A DNA stretch of 35,699 nucleotides from Octopus bimaculoides (GCF_001194135.2 NC_068982.1:87194738-87230436); one strand, 5' to 3'. Counted from the first letter of the stretch, positions 21,849 to 33,557 are shown. Notes: generated from the sequence alone by a model not told the origin. A program made the numbers and translations.

Positions 21849-22427
21849 CAGTGGCGTGCAGTCAAGATATGCTAGTCGTGCACTGCATGTCTGTTGAATT
21901 TTATATAACTCAAAAATCAATTTAAGAAGGTCATGTATTTATAACCACATTGCAAAGATGTCCAAATCATTGGAAACTGAGCTAAAATAATTACTTTGTT
22001 TCAAAGGAAACCCATCCAGATTCATACTTTGCTGTGTTTCCATTTTGCTTCCACTAGGCATGCTTTTAAAGAAAAACGCATATGAAATCTTTTGTCCCCC
22101 ACTTCCTATTTTTCAATAACTAACATTTCAATGCCTGTGAGATTCTTTTTTATCTTGATAAAATAACTACGGAAGGCATGCTTTCAGAAAAACGCATGTT
22201 TTGGTTTCCCTTCCTATCAGTTCTTCTTTGTAATTGATGTCGCTAAATTTTGAAGTTGCGATTTTCGCCAATTTTTTTTCAGGATCGGAATCTCCATAGC
22301 TGAAAATGTGAGTTTCCATAAAAAAAAAGAAAGTTTAAATAAAGGTGGTAGTGGTGGGGTTATGTCTCTGCTATGTGCACCAAATATTTATTGCATGATC
22401 AACCTCAGAAGTCACCGCATACCACTG
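21849..22427. mobile_element. hAT-type MITE (579 nt)
   Basis: TIRs CAGTGGCGTGC (21849-21859) / GCATACCACTG (22417-22427); 8-bp TSD CGCTATAC / CACTATAC (7/8). Confidence 0.8.
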
Positions 22428-22495
22428 CACTATACACTAGTATATACAGATATACAGTTACATTCATATATACATATACATGCATATATCCACTC

Positions 22496-22541
<46 letters not shown>

Positions 22542-22588
22542 ATGGGGTACACCATTAAGCAGTGATGTGTATAAATATAAAGGTATTA

Positions 22589-23014
22589 CAAGTTCAGATA
22601 TGCTTGAGGCATATTTGAACTCATAACAAAGCCATTCACGGTGTTTTGACAAGGAGGCAATTTCCTCACAAATCAGTGTAAATACACAAAATGAGTTCGC
22701 AGTACCACCTACCCATACTGTGAGATGCATGCATTTTGGAGTGGTTATCTCCTCTTCAGCCTCAGAAACTGGATACAGTGTGCTGCGAACTGATGTGAGA
22801 TATTTTCTCTTATGATAATCCCATTGTTGATCAATGATTGTCCACACTAATCAGTGATTCACCATAAACAAAACATGGAGAGACAGCCCTAAGCAGTGAT
22901 GTACATTTGATGTATTTACACACTTTTGTCTAGAGCAAGAAATTTTTGCCACAACAAAATACAGTGAATGGCTTTTGTACAAGTTCAAATATATCTCAAG
23001 CATATTTGAGCTGG
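22589..23014. mobile_element. Tc1/mariner-type MITE (426 nt)
   Basis: About 60-nt imperfect TIRs (caagttcagatatgcttgag...gccattcacggtgttttg vs its inverse at ~22955-23014), flanked by TA on both sides. Confidence 0.65.
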
Positions 23015-23019
23015 TAATT

Positions 23020-23135
23020 ATTTTGTATTCTTTTATTCTTTTACTTGTTTCAGTCATTTGACTGTGGTCATGCTGGAGCACCACCTTGAAAGATTTTAGT
23101 CGAAACAACATGACCCCAGGACTTATTTATTTAAA
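23020..23135 (-). mobile_element. SINE 3' segment
   Basis: Inverse of 24225-24325 ('gtactaggct...ccagcatg...cagtcaaatgactgaaacaagtaaaa'). Confidence 0.75.
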
Positions 23136-23139
23136 GCCT

Positions 23140-23700
23140 AGTACTTGTGTGTGCGTATATAGACGTATATATGAACATTTTTTGTGTGCACGTGTGTGTA
23201 TGCATAAATTATTTTTGGCGAATGTGGGGGTGTGCATGCATGTATTCCAAGCGAGTGTGAACGAGCATATGCACATAGCCACATGTATATGGGTGTGCGT
23301 GCGTGCATGTGTATGTATGGATATGCGCTCCACGTGTTTGCCATGAGCATATTTACATCTTTACTTTTTATTCTTATTGCTTATTTTTTTACACTTTTTT
23401 ACACATTCTTCTGTATTTTGTCTTTAGCCCTGTTTTTTTTTTGTGCATGTGTATATATAGACGTGTGTATGAACCTTTTTGTGCGTGTGTGTGTGTGTGC
23501 GAGCGTGTATGCGGGTATGTATATATTTACATTTTTTTTGGCGAATGTGTGGGTGAGCAAGTGTGTGTCTCGAGTGAGGGTGGATGAGTATATACATATA
23601 GGCACATGTACGTGGGTGTGCGGACGTGCAAGTTTATGTATGGACATGCACACTTACGCGATTGCTATGAACATTTTTACTCCCTTACCTTTACTCTCTC
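23140..23700. repeat. diverged two-unit tandem duplication (~300-nt period) of (TG)-rich sequence
   Basis: Shared anchors 'tatagacgt...atgaac', 'tttttggcgaatgtg', 'cacatgta..tgggtgtgcg', 'atgtatgga.atgc' in both units. Confidence 0.7.
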
Positions 23701-23917
23701 CCCTTACTTAGCAGTCATTCTCATAGCTCTTTTGTCTTAATAACAGTCAATCACACAGTAATTTCCCTTTGTTTAACGGTCATTTTCATAGCATTTTTTT
23801 CGATGGCCCAATAACTGAAGAGATGCCGGCATAGGTTTCCACCCCGACATCCAAAACTCAGAGTTTTATCATGCCTACCAAATAATTGTCACATATTATA
23901 TTTACAGATATATATAT

Positions 23918-24077
23918 AGGAGTGGCTGTGTGGTAAGTAGCTTGCTTACCAACCCCATGGTTCCGGGTTCAGTCCCACTGCGTGGCATCTTGGGCAAGTG
24001 TCTTCTACTATAGCTTCGGGCCAACCAAAGCCTTGTGAGTGGATTTGGTAGACGGAAACTGAAAGAAGCCCGTCATA

Positions 24078-24111
<34 letters not shown>

Positions 24112-24324
24112 CGTGTGTGTGTTTGTGTGTCTGTGTTTGTCCTCCTAGCATTGCTTGACAACCGATGCTGGTGTGTTTATGTCTCCGTCACTTAGCGGTT
24201 TGGCAAAAGAGACCGATAGAATAAGTACTAGGCTTACAAAGAATAAGTCCCAGGGTCGATATGCTCGACTAAAGGCGGTGCTCCAGCATGGCTGCAGTCA
24301 AATGACTGAAACAAGTAAAAAGAG
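23918..24324 (+). mobile_element. apparently full-length composite CORE-type SINE (tRNA-like head, CORE, internal microsatellite, 3' segment)
   Basis: A-box 'tggctgtgtgg', B-box 'ggttcagtccc', 'ttgggcaagtgtcttctac', internal (TA)/(TG) run, tail 'gactgaaacaagtaaaaagag'. Confidence 0.85.
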
Positions 24325-24367
24325 TATATATTATATCTATCTATCTATATATATATGTATATATATA

Positions 24368-25372
24368 TCATCATCATCATCATCGTTTATCGTCCGCTTT
24401 CCATGCTAGCATGGGTTAGACGATTTGACTGAGGACTGGTGAACCGGATGGCTGCACCAGGCTCCAATCTGATTTGGCAGAGTTTCTACAGCTGGATGCT
24501 CTTCCTAACGCCAACCACTCTGAGATTGTAATGGATGCTTTTACGTGTCACCCGCACGAAGGCCAATCACACGGTACTGGCAACAGCCACGCTCAAAATG
24601 GTGTATTTTACTTGCCACCTGCACAGGAGCCAGTCCAGTGGCACTGGCAATGATCTCGCTCAAATGTCTTTTCATGTGCCACTGCCACAAGTGCCAGGAA
24701 GGCGACGCTGGTAATAATCACGCTCAAATGGTACTATTTACATGCTACTGGCATGGAAGCCAGACAGCTGCTCTGGCAGCAATCACGCTCGAACGGTGCT
24801 CTTAGCATTAGTACTCCACTGGTAGAGGTACCATCACGATTTCGCTTTCGCTTGTCCCAACAGGTCTTCGCAAGCTGATTTTAATGTCCAATGAAGCAGA
24901 TGATTGGCATGGGTGCCAGTCATCGAATTTAGTTCAATTTCGATTTCACTTACCTCAACAGGTCTTCACAAGCGAAGTTTAGTGTCCAATGAAGGAAAGG
25001 TACACATAAGTGGGCTGGCTACATCCATGGCAGAGGCCTTGGATTTTGATCTCACTTGGCTTGCCAGGTCTTCTCACGTACTGCATATTTCCAAAGGTCC
25101 CGGTCAATAGTCATTGCCTCCGTGAGGCCTAAAGTTTGAAACTCATGCTACACCACCTAATCCCAGGTCTTCCTGGGTCAACCTCTTCCACAGGTTCCCT
25201 CAACTGCTAGTGTGTGGCACTTTTTCACACAGCTATCCTCATCCATTCTTGCCACATGTCCATACCAGCGCAATCATCTCTCTTGCACACCACAACTGAT
25301 GCTCCTTAGGTTCAACTTTTCTCTCAAGGCACTTACACTCTGTCAAGTATGCACACTGACATTACTCATCCA
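24368..25372 (-). mobile_element. RTE-clade LINE 3' portion (same family as 15342-16823), runs into a gap
   Basis: catcat tail and 3'UTR are inverse to 16400-16823 and 27975-28270; the RT end is inverse to 15790-16130. Confidence 0.9.
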
Positions 25373-26367
25373 NNNNNNNNNNNNNNNNNNNNNNNNNNNN
25401 NNNNNNNNNNNNNNNNNNNNNNNNNNNNNNNNNNNNNNNNNNNNNNNNNNNNNNNNNNNNNNNNNNNNNNNNNNNNNNNNNNNNNNNNNNNNNNNNNNNN
25501 NNNNNNNNNNNNNNNNNNNNNNNNNNNNNNNNNNNNNNNNNNNNNNNNNNNNNNNNNNNNNNNNNNNNNNNNNNNNNNNNNNNNNNNNNNNNNNNNNNNN
25601 NNNNNNNNNNNNNNNNNNNNNNNNNNNNNNNNNNNNNNNNNNNNNNNNNNNNNNNNNNNNNNNNNNNNNNNNNNNNNNNNNNNNNNNNNNNNNNNNNNNN
25701 NNNNNNNNNNNNNNNNNNNNNNNNNNNNNNNNNNNNNNNNNNNNNNNNNNNNNNNNNNNNNNNNNNNNNNNNNNNNNNNNNNNNNNNNNNNNNNNNNNNN
25801 NNNNNNNNNNNNNNNNNNNNNNNNNNNNNNNNNNNNNNNNNNNNNNNNNNNNNNNNNNNNNNNNNNNNNNNNNNNNNNNNNNNNNNNNNNNNNNNNNNNN
25901 NNNNNNNNNNNNNNNNNNNNNNNNNNNNNNNNNNNNNNNNNNNNNNNNNNNNNNNNNNNNNNNNNNNNNNNNNNNNNNNNNNNNNNNNNNNNNNNNNNNN
26001 NNNNNNNNNNNNNNNNNNNNNNNNNNNNNNNNNNNNNNNNNNNNNNNNNNNNNNNNNNNNNNNNNNNNNNNNNNNNNNNNNNNNNNNNNNNNNNNNNNNN
26101 NNNNNNNNNNNNNNNNNNNNNNNNNNNNNNNNNNNNNNNNNNNNNNNNNNNNNNNNNNNNNNNNNNNNNNNNNNNNNNNNNNNNNNNNNNNNNNNNNNNN
26201 NNNNNNNNNNNNNNNNNNNNNNNNNNNNNNNNNNNNNNNNNNNNNNNNNNNNNNNNNNNNNNNNNNNNNNNNNNNNNNNNNNNNNNNNNNNNNNNNNNNN
26301 NNNNNNNNNNNNNNNNNNNNNNNNNNNNNNNNNNNNNNNNNNNNNNNNNNNNNNNNNNNNNNNNNNN
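25373..26367. other. assembly gap (N run)
   Basis: N characters. Confidence 1.
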
Positions 26368-26537
26368 TTTTAATCAGACAATCTAAATAGTGTTTTTAGA
26401 TCTGTTCTCTAAGATTTAACTAATTCTTGCTTTAAAATCTACTTCATATCTTCTTGCGAGAGAGTGGTACAGAGAGGGAACATAATGGAGTTCAGTAGTA
26501 TTTCAAATATAGAAGCTTAAATATCTTGTAGGGCATA

Positions 26538-26587
<50 letters not shown>

Positions 26588-26609
26588 CCTCTCTCTCTCT
26601 CTCTCTCCT
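26538..26609. repeat. (CT)n microsatellite
   Basis: Directly visible. Confidence 0.95.
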
Positions 26610-26829
26610 CACAGGTGCAGAGCCGTCGGCAACTAAACCAACAACCCTACAGAGCTTGCTTTGTGAGGGGCGTGTTTTTTCCTGTTATTTGGTACTCTGC
26701 AAGATTAAATACAAGACCTGTCAAATGGCAGATGGACTCTGAAGAGTCAACAGCCATCCAAATAAGCAACTCTTATTATTAGGTGTGTTTCTTATTATGC
26801 CCTCACAGCTTAAGACAATAATAATAATT

Positions 26830-27548
26830 CGGTTGTCTTGTGGCCATACCCACTTGAGGGAAAAGATTCAAGAATAAACCCTGAGGATAAATCCAGAGCC
26901 AGAGTCCCTAAGGCAGTTTGATGCTCCGTATGCTCCATGGACTGTGTGTCATTAACACCTACTTCCAGGTCAAAGCTTGACACAGGGTCTGACATCATTC
27001 TTGCTCAGGACATTGGCTCTAGCTAGATCTGATCCTCACAAGATGCATCTACCTGAAGAATATGTTCCTGGCTCAGTCCTCTTCAAAGCGTTGACTGTGA
27101 CACAGATTGCTCCGTAGTTTACTGCAATCCTGAACTCCAACCAAAAATGATGCACTGGCCCAAACCTCCTGGCAAGCAGCATATTAGTGCTACTGCAACC
27201 CAGCAGCCAGCTAAGTCAGATGTGGTCCTCAAGTCATTGGAAGATGCCCTTGTTGCAGACCCATTGGAATGCAATGTTCAGCAGAGATGGGACTCTCAGG
27301 GACATCATGCATAGCACTGCACTAAGGGCCTTTGGGAGGAGGTGGAAAATTACACAAGACTGGTTTGAAGCGAGTGTGAAAGAGCGCAATACATCCATGG
27401 TGAAGTGTACTGCCCTGTTGAAGCACAAACACCAACCCACCAGGGCAACACTGCATTTGTTGAGATCAGCAAAGAACAACTTGCAGAAGACAGATACTGT
27501 GCAAATGACTACTGGCTAGAATTATGTGAAGACATCCAACTTTCATTG
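26830..27548 (+). mobile_element. RTE/BovB-like LINE fragment (5'UTR, end of APE, linker), internally deleted
   Basis: 5'UTR-like 'aaaccctgaggataaatccagagccagagtccctaaggc'; 'FQSVDCDTDCSVV'; 'LRDIMHSTALRAFGRR..TQDWFEAS'; 'YCANDYWLELCEDIQLS'. Confidence 0.75.
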
Positions 27549-28270
27549 TGCGCTGAAAGTGTAGCTGCTAGAATAAGAATAGCCTGGGCAAAGTTCAGAG
27601 AGCTCTTACCTCTGCTGGTGACAAGGGGCTTCTCACTCAGAGTAAAAGGCAGACTGTATGACGCATGTGTACGAACAGCCATGCTTCATGGCAGTGAAAC
27701 ATGGACTGTGACTGCTGAGGACATGCGTAGGCTCGCAAGGAATGAAGCCAGTATGCTCCGATGGATGTGTAAAGTCAGTGTGCATACTAGACAGAGTGTA
27801 AGTACCTTGAGAGAAAAGTTGAACCTAAGAAACATCAGTTGTGGTGTGCAAGAGCGACAATTGCGCTGGTATGGTCATGTAGCGAGAATGTTGGGGCAAG
27901 CGAAAGCGAAATCGTGATGGCACCTGTGCCCAGCGTCACCTTTCGGGCACTTGTGCCCGCGGCATGTGTAAGGACTTATGAGTGAGATCGTTGCCAGTAC
28001 CCCTGGACTGGCTCTTGTGCAGGTGGCACGTAAAATACACCATTTTGAGCGTGGCCATTGCCAGTACCGCCTAACTGGCCTTCGTGCCGGTGGCACGTAA
28101 AATCACCCACTACACTCTCGGAGTGGTTGGTGTTAGGAAGAGCATCGAGCTGTAGAAACTCTGTCAAATCAGATTGGAGCCTGGTGTAGCCATCTCGTTT
28201 CACCAGTCCTCAGTCAAATTGTCCAACCCATGCTAGCATGGAAAACGGATGTTAAACGACGATGATGATG
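27549..28270 (+). mobile_element. RTE-clade LINE 3' portion (family of 15342-16823)
   Basis: 'CAESVAARIRIAWAKFRELLPLL..KGRLYDACVRTAMLHGSETW..RWYGHVARM', 3'UTR and GAT tail. Confidence 0.9.
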
Positions 28271-28319
28271 ATATATATATATATATATTGTCATCAAGTG
28301 AGTGTCAAAAATGTTCTGA

Positions 28320-28440
28320 ATTCTATTCCTGCCAAAGTTGACTTTGCTGTATATCGTTCTGGGGTTGATAAAATTTAGTGCCGGTATATGTATTCGAGTT
28401 AATCTACTTGATTGTTCTTTGCTCTAAAAAAATTTGTGTT
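28320..28440 (+). mobile_element. old Nin/Deu-domain-like SINE fragment
   Basis: 'aaagttgactttgc....tctggggttgataaaat..agtgcc'. Confidence 0.55.
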
Positions 28441-28547
28441 TTTTTCCCTATGTTAGAAATCATTATTATTTACAATTAGGATTCTTATGTTGAACAGTGC
28501 AAATTACAATGAATTGAACCATATTTCATTATTTTCTTTGCTTTCAG

Positions 28548-28802
28548 GATGTGGAGACATGTGTTGGTTGTCTTCAGAAAGAAGCAAATGTAAAACTCCA
28601 AAAGTTATGTACTGAACTGAGAGAAGGGGATTGTCAACAGTGCTATTGTCGTCCAATGTGGTGCCTTGATTGTATGGGTAAATGGTTTGCAAGTCAACAA
28701 GACAAAGATAGCTCTCAGACATGGCTAAGTGGTAAAACACCATGTCCAACTTGCCGCAGAAGATTTTGTATCCTCGATGTCTGTTATATTACTCAACCGT
28801 GA
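28548..28802 (+). CDS. TMEM129: TMEM129 exon 4 (RING domain and stop); joined CDS 1107 nt = 368 aa
   Basis: CTTTCAG|GAT acceptor; CVGC...CQQCYCRPMWCLDCMGKWFASQQD...WLSGKTPCPTCRRRFCILDVC; TGA at 28800-28802. Confidence 0.96.
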   Translation, partial: DVETCVGCLQKEANVKLQKLCTELREGDCQQCYCRPMWCLDCMGKWFASQQDKDSSQTWLSGKTPCPTCRRRFCILDVCYITQP

Positions 28803-28937
28803 TATTTTTATTCTGAATGAAATGGCTATTGTGGGCTTCAATTATGGGTAATCTAAATGCTTCAAACTGATCTGTTCATGTACTTGATTGTTGGTATTAC
28901 TAATAACTTGGCTTAGTTCTAGGTATTGCTAAGAACC

Positions 28938-28943
28938 AATAAA
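28938..28943 (+). promoter_or_regulatory. candidate TMEM129 polyadenylation signal (further AATAAA at 29205 and 29220)
   Basis: First AATAAA after the stop codon; the hexamer is common in AT-rich DNA. Confidence 0.35.
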
Positions 28944-29952
28944 ATGTACATCTGTCTTATTTATATATTTGAACTGAGAAAACTTTTTTATTAATTACTT
29001 AGTCACAAAGTAAATTTTTATAAGGGATAAGTATAATCATTTGTCTTCAGTTTATTACTGCTGTTTGGCAACCCAATCAAGAAAAAAGGGAATAGCTGAC
29101 TGTAATGAAATTTGGCCATAACTGAAGAGATGACACTAAACAATTGTAAAGCATTTTGCCTGGAGCTCTACTATTTCAACAATCTCCTCTATTTTAGATT
29201 TTACAATAAAATTAACTTCAATAAAAGTTTGAATTTATTATCAGCACATTTTTTTCTGTCTTCTTCCTTTGCCTTTGAAGTGGTTAATCTAATAACCAAG
29301 TATCATGTGGCCTCACCAGTTTTGCTAGTTATCCATAGGTGTTGTGAATTTAAGTTTTGATACATCTCTATTATCCTGTTGTGAATTAAGTTTCACTGAT
29401 CCACTTGTCAATAGACCCATTCCATCACATGAGTTCTATGTATTAGCTGGAGCAAAACAGTAAAATAATGAGAGGATAAGCCAATAAATTAATAATCTCT
29501 GTGCATTTGTCCAACCTGCTAGAATTAGAAGCCAAATCACTTTCAAGTTCTGTCCTTCTTTCTTAAAATGGATGAATGTACTGAATAAATAAGCCATGAA
29601 TATGCCAGGAAAGAAGATGGGATAGTCAGAGACTAAAACTGTTGGTTAAAACAATGAACATTCAAGAGAATAACAGTCAATGAAATTCTGTCCAATACCA
29701 CATGTAGATAAAATTTGAAAGAAACAACTCTGCATGAAACAGGCCTTAAAACCTTTAAAATAGTGTTTTCTACTATTTCACTTCACATAGATTCCAAAAA
29801 CATTATATACTAAAAGTTTAATATAAATAGATGACGTTTAACAAACCATAACTATAACAACTACAGTATCAAACAAGAAATACTACCTTCTTAATGGTAT
29901 AACTCTACATAGAATACATGCAACAATTCCAATACCTGACACATGGAAATAA

Positions 29953-30180
29953 ATCATCATCATTTTTTTAACCTACACTTTCCATGCTTGTATTTGTTGG
30001 GCAGAGTTTATTGTGGCAGATTTTCTACAGCCTGATGCCCTTCCTGTCACCTACCCTCACTTGTTTTCAAACAAGGTAATATTTCCCCATAGCCAGACAT
30101 GTTTTTGTTGAATATTAGAAATGACTAGCACTGCTTGTATGACAGTGACACTTGTTTACAACTACCACGTGATCTCAAGA
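29953..30180 (-). mobile_element. SINE with RTE-type tail
   Basis: 'catcatcat..tttccatgcttg...ttttctacagcctgatgcccttcctgtcacc.accctcacttgttt'. Confidence 0.65.
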
Positions 30181-30183
30181 TGA

Positions 30184-30224
<41 letters not shown>

Positions 30225-30483
30225 TTACACATAAGTGTGTACCAATGTGCCCATGAGATTGATAAGTGGCTGGCTGGTTTTCTGAAGTTAGTGTTGCAGA
30301 TCAATCACTCATTTACATTACAGAACTTTTGTTGTCTTATTCTCTCCTTATTCTAAAACCTAAAGCTGTAACCTCCATGCACTTCATGAAATTCATTGGA
30401 GTGTAGTGTCTGTGTGTGTGTGTGTGTATTTATCTATCTATCTATATATATATATACACACACACACACACATATATATATCT

Positions 30484-31130
30484 CATCATCATTGTCATCT
30501 TCATTTAATGCCTGTTTTCCATGCTGGTATGGGTTGGATGGTTTGACAGCAGCTGGCCAGCTGAAGAGCTGCCCAAGCTTCATGTCTTTTTGCATGGTTT
30601 CTATGGCTGGATACCCTTCCCAATGCCAACAGAGTGTATTGGGTGCTTTTATGCAACACCAGCACAGGTGTGTTTATGTAGCACCAGCATCCACAAGCCT
30701 GCAAAGTTAAGAATGCTCAGCTGGAGAGGGAGCAGGGAGCAGCCTGTATGCAAGGACAATCACACTTAGCTTGACATGTCTTCTCAAGCACAGCAAACCA
30801 CCAGGAGCTTCGGTCCACTCTCAACGCCCCTGTGAATCCCAACACCCATAAATCCTTTCTCACCACTTCATCCCATATCTTCCTGAGTCTACTCCTACCA
30901 CATGTTTCCTCCACAATTTGACATTGACACCTTGATGCAGCTGTCTTCATTTATATGCATTACATGACCGTACTAGCACAACCTTCTCTCTTGCATACTA
31001 CATCTAATGCCTTGTGTACCGAGTTTTTCTCTCAAGTCACTCTGTTGTATATGTACACTGACATTACCCATCCATTGGTGCATACTGGCTTCGTTTCTGT
31101 TAAGCCTTTGCATATCCTCAGTAGTCACAG
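30484..31130 (-). mobile_element. older RTE-clade 3' fragment
   Basis: catcat tail; minus strand 'VEETCGRSRLRKIWDEVVRKDL...WWFAVLEKTCQ'. Confidence 0.8.
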
Positions 31131-31559
31131 CCCATGTCTCACTGCCATAAATATTTATATTTGTTATGTGTGACAGAACCAGTATTAGTTCAAAAGAGCA
31201 ATTTGTGTATCATATGTAAAGCTGATACCTTGTGGAAAACCTGATAAACTGTGGTAATTGTCTCAAGATAGCATCTCATATATATGTATAGCATTAAAAA
31301 AATATTTCTATCTGTAGCTGATGAAAATTGTCCAACAGTGGTGGTGGCATTGCTAAATATGTATCTCTGCTTCACTGAACTTTCAGTAATGTATCTGCTT
31401 TAAGTTTGATACATAGAATACTATTTTGGACTAATACTGCTTCTGTAGGCCATAAGTTTTTATTCAACCTGCCATCAATGACTTTTCTGTCACTGTTTCT
31501 CTGTATCAGTGGAGGCTGATTTTTATCTTAGTATGTGGTTGCCAGTGGATTCTTGCTAC

Positions 31560-31680
31560 TGACAAAGCCCAGACTTTGTCTTTCGTCCTTTCAGGGTCAA
31601 TAAAATAAGTACAACTTGACTACTGGGTCAATGTAATAGGCTGGCTCCTCCACTAAAATTCCTGGCCATGGCCCTCTCTA
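31560..31680 (+). mobile_element. Nin/Deu-domain-like SINE fragment
   Basis: 'gactttgtctttcgtcctttcagggtcaataaaataagtac...ctgggtcaatgtaat'. Confidence 0.65.
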
Positions 31681-31949
31681 TTATAATGTCTGCAACAACG
31701 GGGAAGTCATCTACCACCACTGACAGTAGTGTCCTCACTGCTTGAATGAATTCAAGATAGAAAGCCTGCAAGCTTTCCTATCTTCTAAAGTGACCCTTCT
31801 GGTCCCTTGCCAAGAGAGTCTATATTAACTTCACAAAATTCTTCAATTGACCGTACCTCAATAAAAATGGCTTTGTAGCATTCAATTATACAGCCTATCA
31901 CATTTACTAACTTCTTCATTTTCAAATTCCCTTTTTAATCTCCATGCAT

Positions 31950-32200
31950 TTGCCTAATCCAAAAACTATTTTGATTGCTCCAATCCTGATAACATCATTT
32001 TCATTGCTATTTCAAATTTTCTCCTACAGGAATCTAATCCCACTCTTTGGAAGTACACTATAGTATGTCCCATATCTGAGAAAGGCAATCTCTCCTACTC
32101 TACCAACTACCAACCTATCACTCTTGATTTCAGCATCCCAAAGGTGATGGAAAGTTATAAATGATTGCTTCCTTCATCACAATGAATCCCTCCTTTTCCT
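31950..32200 (+). mobile_element. CR1/L2/Jockey-group RT start fragment
   Basis: 'PTLWKYTIVCPISEKGNLSYSTNYQPITLDFSIPKVMES'. Confidence 0.7.
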
Positions 32201-33329
32201 CCTCCTCCTCCTTAACCTGTACAGTTTCTACAGAACCAGATTTACCTGTTCTATGAATAGAGCAAATGCAAATATATAAGAATATTTTTAATTTATAAAG
32301 TGGTCTCACAGAAATTAAGCTCTCACTATCTTAAAAAATTAAATGCATGATCTTTCATCCTCTTAATATATAAAGCTGAAGTTGTGTGTCTGTGTGTAGG
32401 CTTTTTAAAAGTTTATAGAAATTCACATTTTCCACTTTTTCGGGAAAATTTTTACATCAATGGAATTTTTTCGATGTGAACTTTCCAGTGCAGTAATTAG
32501 ATTTAAAAAATTCTGTTTACTTTGTGTGATTTAAGGGAGATTTGGCTTTTGTTTCTAGCAACTTTTATATTTCTTCCATTCTATGTGTACCGGCATTCTT
32601 ACACATCGATCACGCGCGTAATATATAATATAGAGAGTAAGAGTAAAAGAGGGAGGGAGAGAGAGAGAGAGAAAGTGATACATACAAAGTCATAGATTAA
32701 CTAGGTTTAAGACTATTCTTCCCTTTCTATTCTTTCCTCGTTCTTCTTCCTCTCTCCCATTTAATAGCTTTCTTCTATCCCTCTACCTCTATCTATGTGA
32801 CCTGGTCATCTGGGGCTTATCGCCATTTCACTCGTTCATGTTTTCGTTACATTGTCTGTCTGCATGTCCAGCGTCCTTGTCTCTTAGTATTTTTTACATA
32901 TTTTTCATAACATAGAAACGTAAAAACACACACAACCACACCTACATGATCTGTGACAACCACGTACGCATAAATACATACACACATCAACATTATAGAT
33001 ATAAGATTTAGTTTGTGTGTATTTCTTATATAAACACGCGCACGCATTGCTATTTTATAACTGTCTTCCGTTCTCCCTTCCTCTCTTTCTCTCTCTTCAT
33101 TGCTCCCGTTCTCTATTCCTTTCTCCCCCTCTCTATCTCTTCCTCTCTCCCTCTTCTCTCTCGCTCTCTCAAACGCACACACGCGCACGTACACACAAGT
33201 ATTCACTACAATATAACTAGAACTTACTTTACTACATGTTCATCAATGTTCTGTAAATATACAAACTACAGAGCTTATGTAGACAGGACAACATTGAAAA
33301 TCAGTGAACTTCATTAGAAATGTGAAAAC

Positions 33330-33557
33330 GGCGATCTTACATTACCAGTTCCAAAGCTGTCAGTTAAACCACATGTGTTTATTTACATCACATCGGCCTT
33401 TTCCGTAAAAAGGTTTTAGGGTTACAGTAACGGTTAGGGTTAGGGACGGAATTCCCTAATCCTAACCCTAAAACCCCTTTACGGAAAAGGCCGATGTGAT
33501 GTAAATAAACACACGTGGTTTAAATGACAGCTTTGGAACTGGTAACGTAAGATCGCC
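33330..33557. mobile_element. Merlin-type palindromic MITE nested in Helitron 2
   Basis: 95-nt arms identical at 90/95; termini GGCGA...TCGCC; 8-bp TSD GTGAAAAC / ATGAAAAC (7/8); TTAGGG/CCCTAA motifs near the centre. Confidence 0.8.

Noticed and set aside
33410-33475. TTAGGG/CCCTAA head-to-head arrangement suggesting a telomere fusion site
   Set aside because: Only a few imperfect units, enclosed within a TIR/TSD-delimited MITE; not an interstitial telomere.
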